From: Octopus sinensis | Lineage: Eukaryota | Direction: 5' to 3' | NCBI RefSeq assembly: GCF_006345805.1 | Contig: NC_043018.1 | Span: 5,208,001-5,272,000 of the forward strand | DNA: 64,000 nt | Part shown: piece after piece, positions 27,037 through 43,047 of the stretch | Layout: every line of letters begins with the position of its first letter | Numbering within the stretch: the first letter of the stretch is position 1 | Position numbers and translations under genes: made by a program | Notes under the pieces: model-generated | Database searches by the model: none | What the model saw: the letters and a program-made list of their open reading frames with translations, nothing else | What the model was told of the DNA's origin: nothing

Positions 27037-27038
<2 letters not shown>
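26461..27038 (-). mobile_element. Retrozyme-like / non-autonomous PLE partial tandem (469-bp period, about 110-bp terminal redundancy)
   Basis: CAAAAATATAAGGAATG...GAGAAATAAAAACGTT occurs at 26461 and 26930. An intact hammerhead lies between them, there is no ORF, and microsatellites flank both sides. Confidence 0.75.
26583..26677 (-). ncRNA. Intact type-I hammerhead ribozyme
   Basis: Minus strand reads CTG-CTGACGA-GGCA..TAGTAAAT...GTTTACTA..TGCC-GAAAC-TATGCATA-GTC-CAG. All core bases are present and stem III is the perfect palindrome ACTATGCATAGT. Confidence 0.85.
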
Positions 27039-27108
<70 letters not shown>

Positions 27109-27798
27109 AAAACGGTAAGATAACAAAAGAAAGAAAGAGACCTCAATATTATGTAAATATCAACATTCCTCTCTCTTCTCCTCTCTTTCTTTCTCTTTTT
27201 CTCCCTCCCTCTCCAAACACACACATACACACATATATGTAGTGAGAAAGAAAGAGACTGAGAGATATAAAGATAGACAGATATCAAATCAGATGTGTAA
27301 CTTACACAGAGTAAGTGTATCTTTTTTATGTCTAATTTCCTACCGCAACGTTGATTAACAAGCTGTGCCATCATCGATCTACAAAACCTAATGTGTCTTA
27401 TAAATAAGATGGTTGAAATTGAGTGAAATTAGTTGTTGTTTCTAGCAAATTCAATGACGATTTAGACCATTGTCTCTTAATTGGGGTCCATTTGGCCCTT
27501 GAGGATCCACATATGATTTTGATGTTAAAATTTATCTGCAATAAATTGGATAAACTCTTAGAGAAATACACGAAATATTTGGGCAATTTTTTAATACAAT
27601 TCCTAATAATGTGTAATTAAGAAAATCTAAAACGGGATTTTTAAAGTTTGAATGACCATGGGGCTCCATCTGACAAGACCAGGAATCAAAGGGGTCCATA
27701 GGTAAAGAATGGTTGAGAATCACTGAGCTAGGGTTTACCTGGATGTGCTTATAAAGCTGATCGTCTGCCTCTACGTGCTCAGACAAGGCAGAGAGAGA

Positions 27799-27835
<37 letters not shown>

Positions 27836-29089
27836 GGAGATAGAGAGAGAGAGAGTGTGTGTGTGTGTGTATCTTTGTGTCTGTAATTGTCCCTACCTCC
27901 ACCGCTTCGCAACCGGTTTTGTTGTGTTTACGTTACCGTAACAAAGCTGTTCAGTGAAAGAGAATGACAAAGTCAGTTGGATCGCCAAGGCCGCAGTTTA
28001 ATGACTGAAAGACGTAAAATATAAAAGAGAAGATATTTGTCAATCGTGGATTTTTCACCCGTAAAATTATAAACTTTTCTTAAATTCATCGATTCTAATC
28101 ATTTCAGTAGTTGGAATTCATCTCCTTCCAGTGGAAAAAAAACACTACCACCGCCACCGCCACCGCCACCGCCACCGCCACCACCACAACCACCGCTACC
28201 ACCACCACCGCCACCGCTAACGCTGCCACCACCTTCGCCGACACGGCTACTACCACCACCATCATCGCCACCACTATCACCGCCACCACCACCATCACCA
28301 CCACCACCGCTGCCACCGCCTTCGCCCCTACCGCTACCACCATCACCGCCACCATCGCCACCATCATCACCCCCACTGCCGCCACCCGAGTATTAGGTGT
28401 TAATACCGTATTTGCTCCGTTGCAACCCACTGGATAACTGTTCTTGTCTGAAGAGACCTTCGTGTACGGCTTCCGACAGAAACTTCACATGCATGTCGCT
28501 TCTTCTTCCGGTTATCCTGTTGGAAGCCATGAGAAAATGTCTTGGAGACGGGGCACTAAACTTCAGTTCTTGAACAAACGCTAAAAGAAATTTAGCTGAA
28601 GAATTTTCTAGAAAATCTATGCGTTATGCTGATACAACAGAACATATATCTAAAAGGCTTTGGTAACAGTGTGTTTCTTTGCGGAGGTTAGAGGAAGTGC
28701 TGCCTTTGTGCAGATTTGAATACCGTGTCTAATGTCTGTTTATTTACACAATTAACACACGATCTGTGATATTTAAACCGAACAGATTCATTGTTATTCA
28801 GTGTGTTTATTCGGTGGAATTTAAATAGACCACTTGATGGTGTGATGATGGGGCTGTAGCCAGCTCGTAAGGAGGTGTGTGTATGTATATATACGTATGT
28901 CTACACACACGCATATACATAAATACATACCAGTCTATGTGTATGCGTGTAATTATCTATCTATCTATCTATCTGTCTGTCTGCCTACCCGTCTCTCTGC
29001 CTGTCTGTCTGCCTGTCTGCTTGCCTGCCTGCCTGTCTGTCTGTCTGTCTGTCGTCTCTCTCTCTCTCTCTCTCTCTATCTCTCGACAA

Positions 29090-29622
<533 letters not shown>

Positions 29623-29768
29623 AGAAAATATAACTATATTCATATATATATATATATATATCTGTGTGTGTATGTGTGTGTGTTTATATATATATGTACA
29701 AGTATATGTATTATATTCACATACATGTATATATGAATATACACACAGTGACACTGTATATCCGTATA

Positions 29769-29803
<35 letters not shown>

Positions 29804-30552
29804 TGTTTTCCATCTGACTCTCTCTTCTCTTTCTCTTTTTCTCACTCTCGTTGCTCACATGCAACAATCGTCCATCTTTCTTTTCCTCCCGTGACCATCT
29901 TTCTTCCTTGCACAGGCGTTCAAACGACTGGACGTCTCCTATCTCTCTCTCTTTTTTCTCTTTCCAAAGAAAATATTTCTTTCAGCGTTCGCTATTTTCC
30001 CCTCGTTCTGGTCTAACGACCCTCCATGTTTGTTTTCGTTCGGTTTCTTTGTATGTCTCCACTGTCCTGTTTTTGTTCCCAACTCCCCCCCCCCCCGTAA
30101 ATCCAAACTTTTATTTTGGTATTCATGCGAGCAACTGTCTTCGAAGACTCATATTGTCGTTCATTGCTTGAAATGGAGAGTAGATTGATAGCACACAATT
30201 GATGAAGGGTTATTACGTGTCCTCTTTTTGTCTCGTTATTTGCGTATTTAACTCATTTGTTTTCGTATTTCATGTTGTTGGCCTCTTGGGTTGAGAATTT
30301 TTATTTTAATCTTAATAAAAAATTTACAGTGAGTTACTCTGATATGTGTTTCGAACTTCAAGTAACCGTTTTCAAACTGAAAAATGTATGTTTTACTGGT
30401 TGCTTAAATAACAAATCAATTTTTCTTACAAATGTACAAAAAGAAAAAAAATAGACCGGAGAAAAATAACAAATAATGTATATAAAAATACAAAAGTATG
30501 TGTGAAGAAGAAAAAGATCAACAACAACAATAACAAGATAGATACATCTGTA

Positions 30553-30627
<75 letters not shown>

Positions 30628-30708
30628 ACATAATATATATATGGATACACATATATGTACGTTTGTATATATGTATATATATACGGACAAGATAGGTACA
30701 TCTGTATG

Positions 30709-30755
<47 letters not shown>

Positions 30756-31731
30756 GTAGACAAACATATATATATATATATATATAAATATATATATATA
30801 CATACATATATACGTATACACACATATTCACATATGCGTCTGAATGCTTGAGTTCTTGAATTCGCGTGTATGAATTACTAATGTTTCATACACATATAAG
30901 CATATACATACATACACTCAAACATGCGTACACACACACACACACACACATACACACACACACGCACACACACACTGAGTGTTTAAATAGTTTTACTACA
31001 GGTCTGGTTTCAATAGAAAATATAGATTATTCTAATTACCAAAATGAAATAAAAACAAAACGAAGACACAATAACGACGAATTATAGGTCAAATGATTAT
31101 TTTAGAGAAAATTAAGGGAAAGTCGGTTAGAAAAGAGTAAGAAGGGGTGTGAGTGGCGGTGGCGTTGTATGGGATATGTACGGTAGAGGTCACTAGGTTG
31201 AGGGGTATGGTAGGAGGTAGCTAATGTGGTTCTAGGATAGTGTTACGGTTAGTTATGTGCTGGGGGTGGTGGTGGTTGGGGTGGTGTTACCAGTTATGTT
31301 TACTTTAAATATATATATGTATGTATATTTTATATATTTATATATATAGTGTCTGTATATATATATATATATATACGTGTATATATATATGTATATGTGT
31401 GTGTGTGTATTCTTTATTTCTTTAATTCTTTGGAGTGTTTCAGCTTTGAAGCAGCGCTCATGCTGGGGCACCACCGTTGACTGTGCTACTCCATTATTAT
31501 CTGAAACCTCTTCTGATATGTGGCATTTGGTGAATGAGGGAGTTTGATGCCGCTGCTCTCATCAGTGTTTCCTGCCATGAGGTAGGCTCATCTTCCCTGC
31601 CAAGAATTCACAACGACATCGAACCCACAGGAGTACACAAGAGAGACAGAGACAGGCAGAAACAAGAATACTATACAATATTCTTCTCTCGTTTGTTACT
31701 ATTCTTATTTTATTATTTTAGCTCATGGCTA

Positions 31732-31778
31732 GTGTCCAGAAATCTTTTGTCACACATCTGTGACCTCTTCAGCGACAC
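31732..31778 (-). ncRNA. Degenerate hammerhead-like motif
   Basis: Minus strand reads GTGTC-G-CTGAAGA-G-GTCAC-AGATGT-GTGAC-AAAAGATTTCTG-GACAC. Stems I and II are present, but the GAAA and GUH side is damaged. Confidence 0.4.
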
Positions 31779-31819
31779 TTTTTCGTGTGTCTTCTTACAC
31801 CACTTATATATATATAGAG

Positions 31820-31985
31820 CATGTTCAGTCCCATATTTAAGAGATGAGGAATTATGTGCATTAATCACATCTTGTTTGTTGTTAACACAACATTTCGGTT
31901 GATATACCCTCTAGCCTTCTTCATGTATCTTGGGGGAAATTTCGAACCTGGGTTCCCATTCCTATGATATTTTTCGATATTATTA

Positions 31986-32048
<63 letters not shown>

Positions 32049-32154
32049 GTATTATAATAATATAATAATAATTATTATTATTATTATTATTATTATTATC
32101 ATTATTATTATTATTATTATTATTACTATTATTATTATTGCTATTATATTATTA

Positions 32155-32189
<35 letters not shown>

Positions 32190-32285
32190 TATTATTATAT
32201 TATAATAATAATATAATTATTATTATTTTATTATTATTATTATCATTATTATTATTATTATTATTATTACTATTATTATTATTGC

Positions 32286-32343
<58 letters not shown>

Positions 32344-32428
32344 GTTCAGGTCACTGCTTGGAATCAAACTCGGAATCTTGGGGTTAGTAGCCCGCGCTCT
32401 TAACCACTACGCCATATGGCCGTGGGCA
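31820..32428 (-). mobile_element. tRNA-headed hammerhead-tail SINE, copy B (hammerhead decayed)
   Basis: Reverse complement reads TGGCGTAGTGGTTAAGAGCGCGGGCTACTAACCCCAAGATTCCGAGTTTGATTCCAAGCAGTGACCTG-(AAT)n-CGAAAAAT..AGGAATGGGAACCCAGGTTCGAAATTTCCCC..ATGAAGAAGGCTAGAGGGTATATCAACCGAAATGTTGTGTTAACAACAAACAAGATG. Confidence 0.85.
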
Positions 32429-33206
32429 TATCCAGGCACTTCTATAAACAACGGATATGAGCTAGAACGTTAAAACGTAGTGCGTATGCACAGCAGAGGC
32501 CAATGTCAGTCTGTACCCAGAAGCTTTACTCTTAGTGCTTTAACGTCGTTAATTTGGCAACAGTCCGGATACTTATTGATCATACATAGCATATATATGT
32601 TTATACACACACACACACACACACCTGTATACATCTATACATGCATAAAAATACATATGCATTCACTCATATGTGAATGATGTGAATACCTCTTCTAAAA
32701 TCAAAACTGGAAGAGGATCACTTCGGGCAACTGCTTCAGAAAACGCAGGTTCCATATTTTGATTATAAAATCACTTTTCTATCAATAATAATTGGCGCGT
32801 TTCGTTAGTGCTGAACAAGCTGCAGTTCTCAAGAAAACCTATCAACTGGCTAACACGCTTATTTCAAATAGAGTTTGTATTTGTAACGCGCGACTTAGTT
32901 TATTTCTTAATACGTTTCAACCCTATGACTGTGGCCATACTGGAACACTGCCACTGAGAGTTTGTTGATTTCTTTTTCAGAAAACTCTAACTTATCCACA
33001 TTGTCATTTAGGCCGTTTACCCCAAAAAACTAGTGGAGCAATTATTATCGATATAAATGTGAATTTATAATTTGTGTATAAGAACAGTAAAAATATGAAG
33101 GATTTTCTCTTGTTCAATTAGTTTGTACATGACATTGTTTTTGCTTTCAACATTTTAACGATGAAGGCTTGTTTCTAATACGCACATACACACACAAACA
33201 CACACA

Positions 33207-33247
<41 letters not shown>

Positions 33248-34675
33248 TAGACACACACATATATCATAGTAACAGAGAGTACCGAATATTTATAAGGCAC
33301 AAAAAAACGAGATCAAAACTACAAGGTCTATAAAATGAAGGCTTCCTTTATCAGTTGTCGAAGTGGAGCTTATGGAGATTCCGCTAGCTTAGCGCAGCTT
33401 TATTATCTCATGTGGTAGCAGCAGCTTCAAGGAAACAAACCGTAAAGACAATTATGATAAGTGATTCTGAATCACCAATTTTCCTTTCTCTCATCATTTC
33501 GTTTCTTATTTAAGGGTTTTCAATGTCACCCTGAAATGTTTAGCTGAAGGACAAAAATGCTTTTAGCATTCTTTTTGTTCATTTTTATCTCCCTGCTATG
33601 CGATCCCTGTTCTGCACTTTTGTAGTTTGTCGAACGACTCAAATAGTTAAAAATTATAAATTTTACTAACACGTTCAAAAATGTTCTGGTCAACATGAAT
33701 ACTTAATTAAAATTAAAACTAGAATGATTAAAATTGGAGTGGCTTGAGGAGGTTGGAAACTGTCCCACCAAAACTACCTGAGATATAACACAACACCAAC
33801 AACAACACATGCGAAACATCAACCAAGAAAATAAGAGAACAACGACTTGACCTGACACACATAAAGCAATGTTCGTTTTAAGTCTTATCGCTAACCTACG
33901 GTTACTGTAGCCATTTAAGCTCATGTAGCCACACCAACTGCGCCACGCTCTTTCACCTATCTTGAAATTTATTGTTCAGTGTTGCCATTCTCCTCAGATA
34001 TTATTCGGCAAAGTTGGTGAGGGTTTGGCCTACGAGAAAACAATTCGCTGTAACATTTCAACATCTCTTCAGCCCCTGTCCCCTCTATATCCAGTTAGCA
34101 CAAGAGAACTACATGCTCATTCTGAGAAGATCGATTATTACGATTATTACGATGAACCCGGAAGCACTGGCAGTAAAAGACATTTTGGAAATCGACCATA
34201 ATAACTTGACATGGAAATTCCTCTTAAAGAAGCGATACATACTGTGACCTGGTGTTCCTGAATTGCTCCTAGGCCACCGCTTATGGTACCCCGCGTTAGT
34301 CAGCGATATAATATTAGTGTTGAATTCTACCAACCACAAAGGTGAATGACACTCATTCAATTAGAGTGAGATTCAGTACATTACTTTTACATATATTATC
34401 TCGAAGGTTTATGGCGAATAGAGAAAAACAATAACATTAACAACAACAACAACAAAAACAATGATACTAGATTTCGCTTCTAGGCGAGGAATTTTGAACA
34501 GAGTAGTGGTAGTAAATACCATCGAGCTAGTTACTTGATTGGCACTTTAACTAAACGACCCTGAGACAATGGAGAGCGAAAACTACCTTGCTGGGATTAG
34601 AGCTCTGAAGAAATGCTGCTACACATTTCATTGAAGAGCTAGCGATTCTGTCAGTTCACCACCTTCATAATAATA

Positions 34676-34738
<63 letters not shown>

Positions 34739-34741
34739 TAC

Positions 34742-34807
<66 letters not shown>

Positions 34808-34810
34808 TAC

Positions 34811-34876
<66 letters not shown>

Positions 34877-36202
34877 TAATAATAATGAGAGTTACAACAA
34901 CAACGAAGTACTTGAGAACTTTATTAGTATAATTATTATAACTACTGCTGCTGTTGCTGCTGCTGCTGCTGCTACTACTACTACTACTACTACTACCACT
35001 ACTACTACTACTCATAAGAATAACATTATTTTACATAAACTAAAACACTCAAGAATGAGATTTCCTTTCGAAGTTGTGATTGCAATTGTTTCTGATCGTT
35101 AAAATAGAATCAAATATCAAACATTACAATACAACCAGAAGACATTATAAGTGAAACAGAATATTAAGAGAAAGAAAATAATAAGAAACATTTTCAAAAA
35201 AATACAACAGCAGCAGCAGCAGCGGCAGCAGCAGAACAATAAGAAAAACGACGCTGATGACAAAAGACAACACTAAAGATGCCTTCAGTTTTATGATACA
35301 ATCTTGAAAAATACAAATAATGCCATCAGAAAATAAAATGTATATAAAGCCTCACACATATACTTTGAGGAAAAATATATTTCAACATAATTCCCATAAA
35401 AATATAAATAGATAATAATACTGAAGAAAATAATAGAAAAGAAAGGATATGTATATATATATATATATATATCCACAAACACACACATATACATACATAT
35501 ATGTATGTATATGTACAGAGAGGGAGAAAACAAAATGGCGTTATATTCTCGATAAAAGCGCATTCAGACATTTGTATATATATTCTAGCTGTTGTTTGCT
35601 TGTCATTGCAGGCAAGTCTTTGTTACGGTAAATATGTTTTACTTTAACTGATTCATTCAGCAACCAGTGACGGCTTTTCTCTCCGGGGCCACCTCCTTGC
35701 ACTGTTCCCTTTTATTCTAATTAGATTTCCGAAAAAGACTATGTTCGTTTTCTAACGCAAACTTTCGTGTAAATGCGCATATCTTTGACAAAGGATTTTT
35801 ATGTTATTTTTTGTATTTTTATGCTGATTCTTCGTTTATATTTTATATATATATATATCATATATTCATGTATTTTTCATTTTGTTTTTTCACAAAGGAA
35901 GAAAAATACAAAAAAAAAAGAACGCTAAATAGTTAATATGCACTCACACGATACTGACAAAACGCGTATACGCATAGATACATATATACGCACGCGAGTG
36001 TATAGTAACACATAGAGAAATGTATGTAAGTATATACATATATGTACGTATGTATCTATATTATGGGTATATATATGTATGTATTTTTATATATATATAT
36101 AATATATATACACATATATATTCGTTATGTTTATATCAATCTTTCCACGTATCTATCATCTAATTCACACACACACATATGCAAGTACACATATCTATGT
36201 GC

Positions 36203-36289
<87 letters not shown>

Positions 36290-36517
36290 ACATACATACA
36301 TGCATATACATACATACATGTATGTGTATACGCAAAATTACATATATGTTTCATATCGTCTAGCTGTCTTTTCATTCTACAAAAACACATGTATATAATA
36401 GAGACTTTATAAATAGTTAAATTTTTGTATACTCACTCTGCGATACATGTACGTGTATGTATGTTTATATAGGTATAAATACGTAGACTTATATATATAT
36501 CTACACACATGTATATA

Positions 36518-36564
<47 letters not shown>

Positions 36565-36762
36565 ATATATATATATATAATTACACATACACAAACACAC
36601 ATATATATATATATATGTATATATAGACAGTATATATACGGAATGTTCGTACATTGTTCTGATATATACATTTCATTGTCATTGAGACTATTCATAGGAA
36701 TACATTCACAAAACGTCGACATTTTACAAAAGTGTGTAAATATATATATATATATATATAGC

Positions 36763-36824
<62 letters not shown>

Positions 36825-36867
36825 CATCTATATATACATATATATACATATATATATACATACATAC

Positions 36868-36912
<45 letters not shown>

Positions 36913-37062
36913 TATAATATATATATACATAAATATATATATATACACGCACAGAAACACACTCACACATATTTCTCATAATATAAAACTCATGGATAAA
37001 TGTATATTTTCACATGTGCCTACACTGGTCTGACTGGTATTGTGCGCTCCTACCTTGTTCTC

Positions 37063-37121
<59 letters not shown>

Positions 37122-37148
37122 AAATATATACATATATATAAATACAAA

Positions 37149-37270
37149 GTACATTTAAACACATAATAGATGCCCCTAACAGGACATCTGACCCGCTAGA
37201 AGGAGTACTTTAACTACTCCTAGCGAGTCAGATGTCCTGTTATGGCCATCTCTTTTGTGTCTAAATGTAC
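37149..37270. repeat. Foldback inverted repeat with arms of about 57 bp, next to (TA)n
   Basis: GTACATTTAAACACA..TAACAGGACATCTGACCCGCTAG..GGAGTA pairs with TACTCCTAGCGAGTCAGATGTCCTGTTA..TGTGTCTAAATGTAC. Confidence 0.85.
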
Positions 37271-38166
37271 ACTATATTTTTATATGAATGCTATATAGTC
37301 TATTAACTAGTTTTTTCTTCTCGCTAGATCACTGGTAGACAAGAAATTTTCTAAATTTTTTAGCTACTCTGCAATTTATTAATGTATATATAAACATCTT
37401 TTAAATCTTTATATCTTCCAGTCGTTGGACTGCGGTTATACATGGAATCTCTTTGACGGGTTTATGTGAATAAACCGTCCCCATCATTTCAAATGTTTTT
37501 ATTCCTGGTTCTCATTACATTGATCTCCTTTGCTGAACTACCAAGTTATGACGAACAGATATTGTCGAACAGTAATGGCGGCAGAAGCGCAAACAGAGAC
37601 ACCCATGCACAATTATATACGACAGAGTTTCTTCGTACCAAGTTCACTGAAACGGCATTGGTTGTTCTGGGTCTATAGTAGAGACAACTTGATCAACGTG
37701 TGGATCATATGTTGGTGGCTTTCGTCTCTACAAATATTGAGGAGCGCAGATTTTACAGCACTTTGAAACAATTTTACCTACCTACCTACCACGCCACCTG
37801 CAGACATGCACATCAAAGACTTGCTTCCAGAATTCCTTCTTTTCCGCGACTGACATTTGCCTTGTGTATGATCCTTCCAGATAAGTTAATCTTAAAACAA
37901 AATCTCAAGTTATGATGAAACAATATCAATGCAAAAAAAAAAAAAAACCCCTTTAGGATGCACAGATGTGCTGTGATTGATGTATATCGACAGACTGAAA
38001 TAATGGCCTACCCCTACAGCATCGCTTGGCGGATGAAATAGAAACTCTTAATGGCAAGGAGATAAAGTTTTCATCAGAAGGGCGCTGTTGCCTTTAGTAT
38101 GTATTTCGTCAGCTGACCGTGTCTCCTCGTGCAACTGGAAACCAATTCTGAAATCAATTATTAAAG

Positions 38167-38535
38167 CCATGGCTGTCTGGTTTCGGTTTCAGTCCCACTG
38201 CCTTGGACCTTGAGCAGGTATTTTCTACTGTAGCCCTGGTCTGACCAATGACCTTTCAGAGAATTCGGTGGACGGCAACAATGCGGAAGCTCGTCATATA
38301 CGTGCGTGTGTGTTTTTTGTCTGTGCTTGTATTCCCACCTCCCGCTTATCTATTGGTGTCAGTTTGTTTATATCTTTGTGATTTAGCCCTTTGGTATACT
38401 AGACCGACACAATTAGTACCATGCACAGTAATAAGTCCTGGGGTCCATTTGTTCGGCTAAAACCCTTCAAGGTGGTGCCCCGGCACGGCCGCACTCCAGT
38501 GACTGGAGCAAATAAAAGCTAAAAGATAAAGGGAT
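38167..38535 (+). mobile_element. SINE family A, diverged near-full copy
   Basis: Head, middle (GACGGCAAC..GAAGCTCGTC) and tail (AAGGTGGTGCCCCGGCACGGCCGCA..GACTG) are collinear with 52619-53020. Confidence 0.7.
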
Positions 38536-38553
38536 ATTGCTGGTTTCTTGGTT

Positions 38554-38599
<46 letters not shown>

Positions 38600-39756
38600 C
38601 CTTCTCCTTGTATATATGCATATCTGCTTTTCTGTCCATCGATATGTTTTATAAAACCAGACTCACACACATACACTCGTGTCTGCAATCGAAGTTTTAG
38701 AGTCGTTTTAAGAATTCTTTTCGGTTCTGGAATCGGCTGAGCTTCTGTGTGTCACGTGGAATAAAGTCATTGTGCTTTAACTAGTTATTCTCAATGATCC
38801 GGTCATGCTGTGCGTAAGTCGAACCACCAGTTCCATGCAAACCCGTTGAAAGTAAGGTAAGTAAAGGCGATTCCAAACGCTGCTGCATCATTGAATGCAA
38901 GTGTGAATCACTAGTAATAACCAAACTGAGACGATTACACTGTGATAAAACCGAGCATTTTAAAACAAGATGCGCCTCAAATAATATTATTCAATAGTGA
39001 AAAACCAACAACAACCTCGCGTACGTGGATTTTTTCCTGGTATTGTTTTTCACTTGCAATGTTCAATGATATGTACTAAAATACATAGCGGTTCCCTTTG
39101 CTATGCGGTTGGCTGCAGTAATTTATTTCGGACTGATTCTTGATGGCACAAGAACATTTTCACGCAGTTGGAGCTCATCTTAATACTGTTTCTTGTTTAA
39201 TAAAGGTTTCTTGATGAGGGAAACGACTTGTTTTGTTTGTGTCACCTCGTACGTATTATACCAATGTCTGTATATCAATATTCCATGGTGAATTACATTA
39301 ATATATTTTCGTAGATTTTAATACAGAATGTAAGATGTGTTGGTAGGTTTGTTATTTTTTTCTGTAATATCTGACGTAATAATGGCGTGCAACAGCACTT
39401 TGCAACTTTCTTTAGAATATAATTTTGTTGCAGGACAGCACAGTTAATGACTTGCTGAAAAAAAATATCAATGTCTACGTATGAATGTATTTTATTCTCT
39501 GTTTTCTCGCTGAACACTTACATGTCTTCTTCGACGGAAGAATCTGTCATATATGCATGCGCGCGCGTGCGTATATATGTGCACACTCATACAAAGAGAG
39601 AGAGAGAGAGAAAGAAAGAGAGAAAGAACGAAAGAAAGAAAAAGGAGAGAAACAATTAACAAAGGGGATAGAGGACTAAGTATAAAAATGACCTTGAATA
39701 AACGTACTTATATGCATGTGTATATGAGAGGACTAGCATATGTGTGTGTATATATA

Positions 39757-39795
<39 letters not shown>

Positions 39796-40651
39796 CATAT
39801 ATGTATATATAAATGTATATACATATATGCATGAGTATATATGCATATATGTGTATATATGCGTGTGTGTGTCTCTGTGTATTAGTGTCTTGTTAAAGCA
39901 CGATATCATTCACTTGTATATTAAGTCCAGTACAATACAAACTATAATCCGAAAACAAAGATATTCAACACCAGTTCAAATATTAAAAAAAGAGGGGAAA
40001 ACAATAAAATTTAAAAACTAAACACAATAAATAAATAAATAGCATCAGAGACCACCCTTCGTTCTACTAACTGGAAGAATTCGGTCTTTTATTGCTTGTT
40101 AATGTTGTTGCTATTAGTTGTAGTGGTGGTGGTGGTGGTGGTGGCGGTTGTCATTGTCAACGTTGTAGTTGTTGATCGTGGTGGTTGTGGTGGTGGTGGT
40201 GTTAACAATTTCTGTCAGTGTTTGTATTATTGTTGCTGTTGTTGTTTTTATTGTTGTTGTTATTTTATTATTGTATGGTTTCCTTGACATGTGACTTATG
40301 CTGCTTATTGTTGATCTTTTCTCAATTTCGTGATTTCTTTCTTTCTTTCTTTCTTTCGTTGTTTACTTTTCCTAGTATGTCTTTTTTTTGTTTGTTTTTT
40401 CGTCTATTTTTGCTGTTTGACTGATTGACTTTGTTGAGACGTTCTGCGCCTTGCACCGAATACAATACAGATACTCAGTCGATTTCGCTGTGCACAAGAA
40501 TATACGGCATTGACATGCACACACATGCACACACATACACACACATACACGTGTGAGTGCGTATTTACAGATACATACAACATATACACACATAAAAAGA
40601 CAAACAGAAATAGATATAGGCCTACACTCACCCATACATGAATATAAGTGC

Positions 40652-40690
<39 letters not shown>

Positions 40691-42417
40691 TGGAGAGAGA
40701 TGGATATAGACAAAGAGGGAGAGAGAAAGAGTGTAGGTGAAATAGAGATAGAATTTATGCAGGCGCGGGGTCGTGTATGTGTGTGTCACTTAATAACAGA
40801 AATATAAATAGCATTTGATATTTACTCCTATAATATTACACGAGCATACATAAGCACTATTAGAGGGATAAAGAATAGGACAATGGAAAATTAAACGCGA
40901 TATATCAGAAACATTGCACATATTGGGAAGCAAATGTGTAAATATTATTTAACGACTGGTAGAATACCTCCCTGAAGGCAATGTTTCTGTTAGTTCACTT
41001 AATGAAGTTGATTGTTATTTCTGAAAAGTTTCGAAGAGGCTTTCTTCGGAGAACTTTTCTTAAAAGTATTCTCAGTAAGGCCAATGTTATGTTTTAAACA
41101 ATATCTACAGAAGTCGTCTTCACACAGTATGGAAATGAAATTATAAATTGTTTGACTTCTATAGTGTTGATATTACTGCAGTTGAATTGAGTGGGTCGGT
41201 TCTGAATATGCGAAATGCATGCCTTTCGTCCTTGGTTTGGTAGTAGCCTCATTTCGATTACAACTATAACTAATTTTGATGTTATGTTCATCGAAGAGTT
41301 AGAAGAAAGATTGATTATAAAGGGAAATTTAACATGTAACGAGTATGAATCCTGAAAGGAAACTCGCGAAAACATTTGATGATTCATTAAAACTGAACCA
41401 AACAATATTATGCTGGTTGTTAGTTTTCATATTCTTATGATGTTGCATACGTTGCATTCTTTCTTCTGAATGCACCCTCTTTTAGTGCACTATTGTAATG
41501 GTTTGCAACACTATTTTATGCAATTTCGACGGACATATTTGGCATTCAGTTATATATATATATAACTTTTACATGATATATAACTATAGGGTAGGGGATT
41601 GAATATATGTTAATAGATATTAATTTTTTTTATTAGTCATTTTGTATAATCTTTAGTCAGAAGTTGTTCTGTATAGAATAGATTCTTGGCGATATTATTA
41701 TCAACTTATTTGAAGATTAGCTTCAAATTAGAAATATCGTCATCATCGTCGTTGTTGTTCTCGCTATTATTATTCATTGTTGTCACTGATGGCGGCGAGC
41801 TGGAAGAGTCGTTAGCGCACAGGATAAAATGCTTAGCGACAATTCTTGCGGTCCTTCAAATTACGTAGAAGTCGAAATTGACATTCATCGTTTTTAATTC
41901 GTAAAAATTGCTACCAGAAGAGCACTGGGGTCGATGTAATCGCGACTTCCATAATATTGCTTCTCTTGTAACAAAGTTTGAAAGCATTGGTGGACAAGGC
42001 TGAAAGGCATGAGGGCAGATACATTCCTCTTAGGTAGAACTCTCATTGAGAGTGGAGAGGGAAGTGCTGTCCTCGAATGAGTTTATTTGAAGGTGGGTGA
42101 AAGTTGCGAAAATGGCAAGAGTGGATGGTATCACTCTAAGTGTAGACATGTGAGTCGGAGAGAAGGAATTCGTAAAGGCACTTACTCCTAGGATTTCAGA
42201 GGGGTTCCTCGATTATCCCTAGAGGCCTTCCTGTATCAGGAGGGCCACATTCCTATCATCCCCTCGCCATTTTTTCTTACCTCTGTATGCTATGCATATG
42301 TCGCTTCTTTGTGTTTACTCATCTTTCGTTTTTATCATTTTCTTATTATATGTAAACACCCATACTTTATGTCTGTCTTTGTATTATCTCCCTCATCCTT
42401 CGCTCTTGTGACAAATG

Positions 42418-42452
<35 letters not shown>

Positions 42453-42968
42453 GTTGTTGTTATTATTATTATTATTATATCCATAATATTGATGATATCC
42501 AGTTAAACTTTTAATTTACGCAGCTAGTATTTGTAACTTAAAGAGCGAAAATATACCTGGCATTTGACTGTGTGTAATATTGTTTTCCTCAGATAAACCT
42601 ACATTAGACATACTTATGATGAAAGGCTTCCCACCCGTAGCCAACCCGTCTTATATTGAAATACACTAAACCATACGCAATATTTATCTAATGTGTCCTT
42701 CATTTATGTTACGAAACTAGAGGGGAACTAATTGTGAGGACGCCGTAGCTACTATTCCTGTTGTATTCCTGTATTACTAAGTGGTGAAAAGACAAAGTAT
42801 TCACCTCGCGTTGTTGGCTGCTAAGTTCGCAAGCTTTTGAGTTCCATGCATACAGAAACGGTAGAAAACTTTTACAAAAGTTATTCCGACATCCACATCT
42901 GCAAATAAGATACACGTAGTTACATCTAATTCCTAACACATGAGAAACTAACATTATTATTATTATTA

Positions 42969-43047
<79 letters not shown>

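Noticed and set aside
28450-28550. CTGAAGA...GAAAC...GTC hammerhead candidate
   Set aside because: No stem II or stem I in the right register; it is better explained as an eroded inverted repeat (GGCTTCCGACAG/CTGTTGGAAGCC).
42709-42954. LINE C-terminal-like peptide NNFCKSFLPFLYAWNS
   Set aside because: A single short motif without supporting upstream RT sequence.
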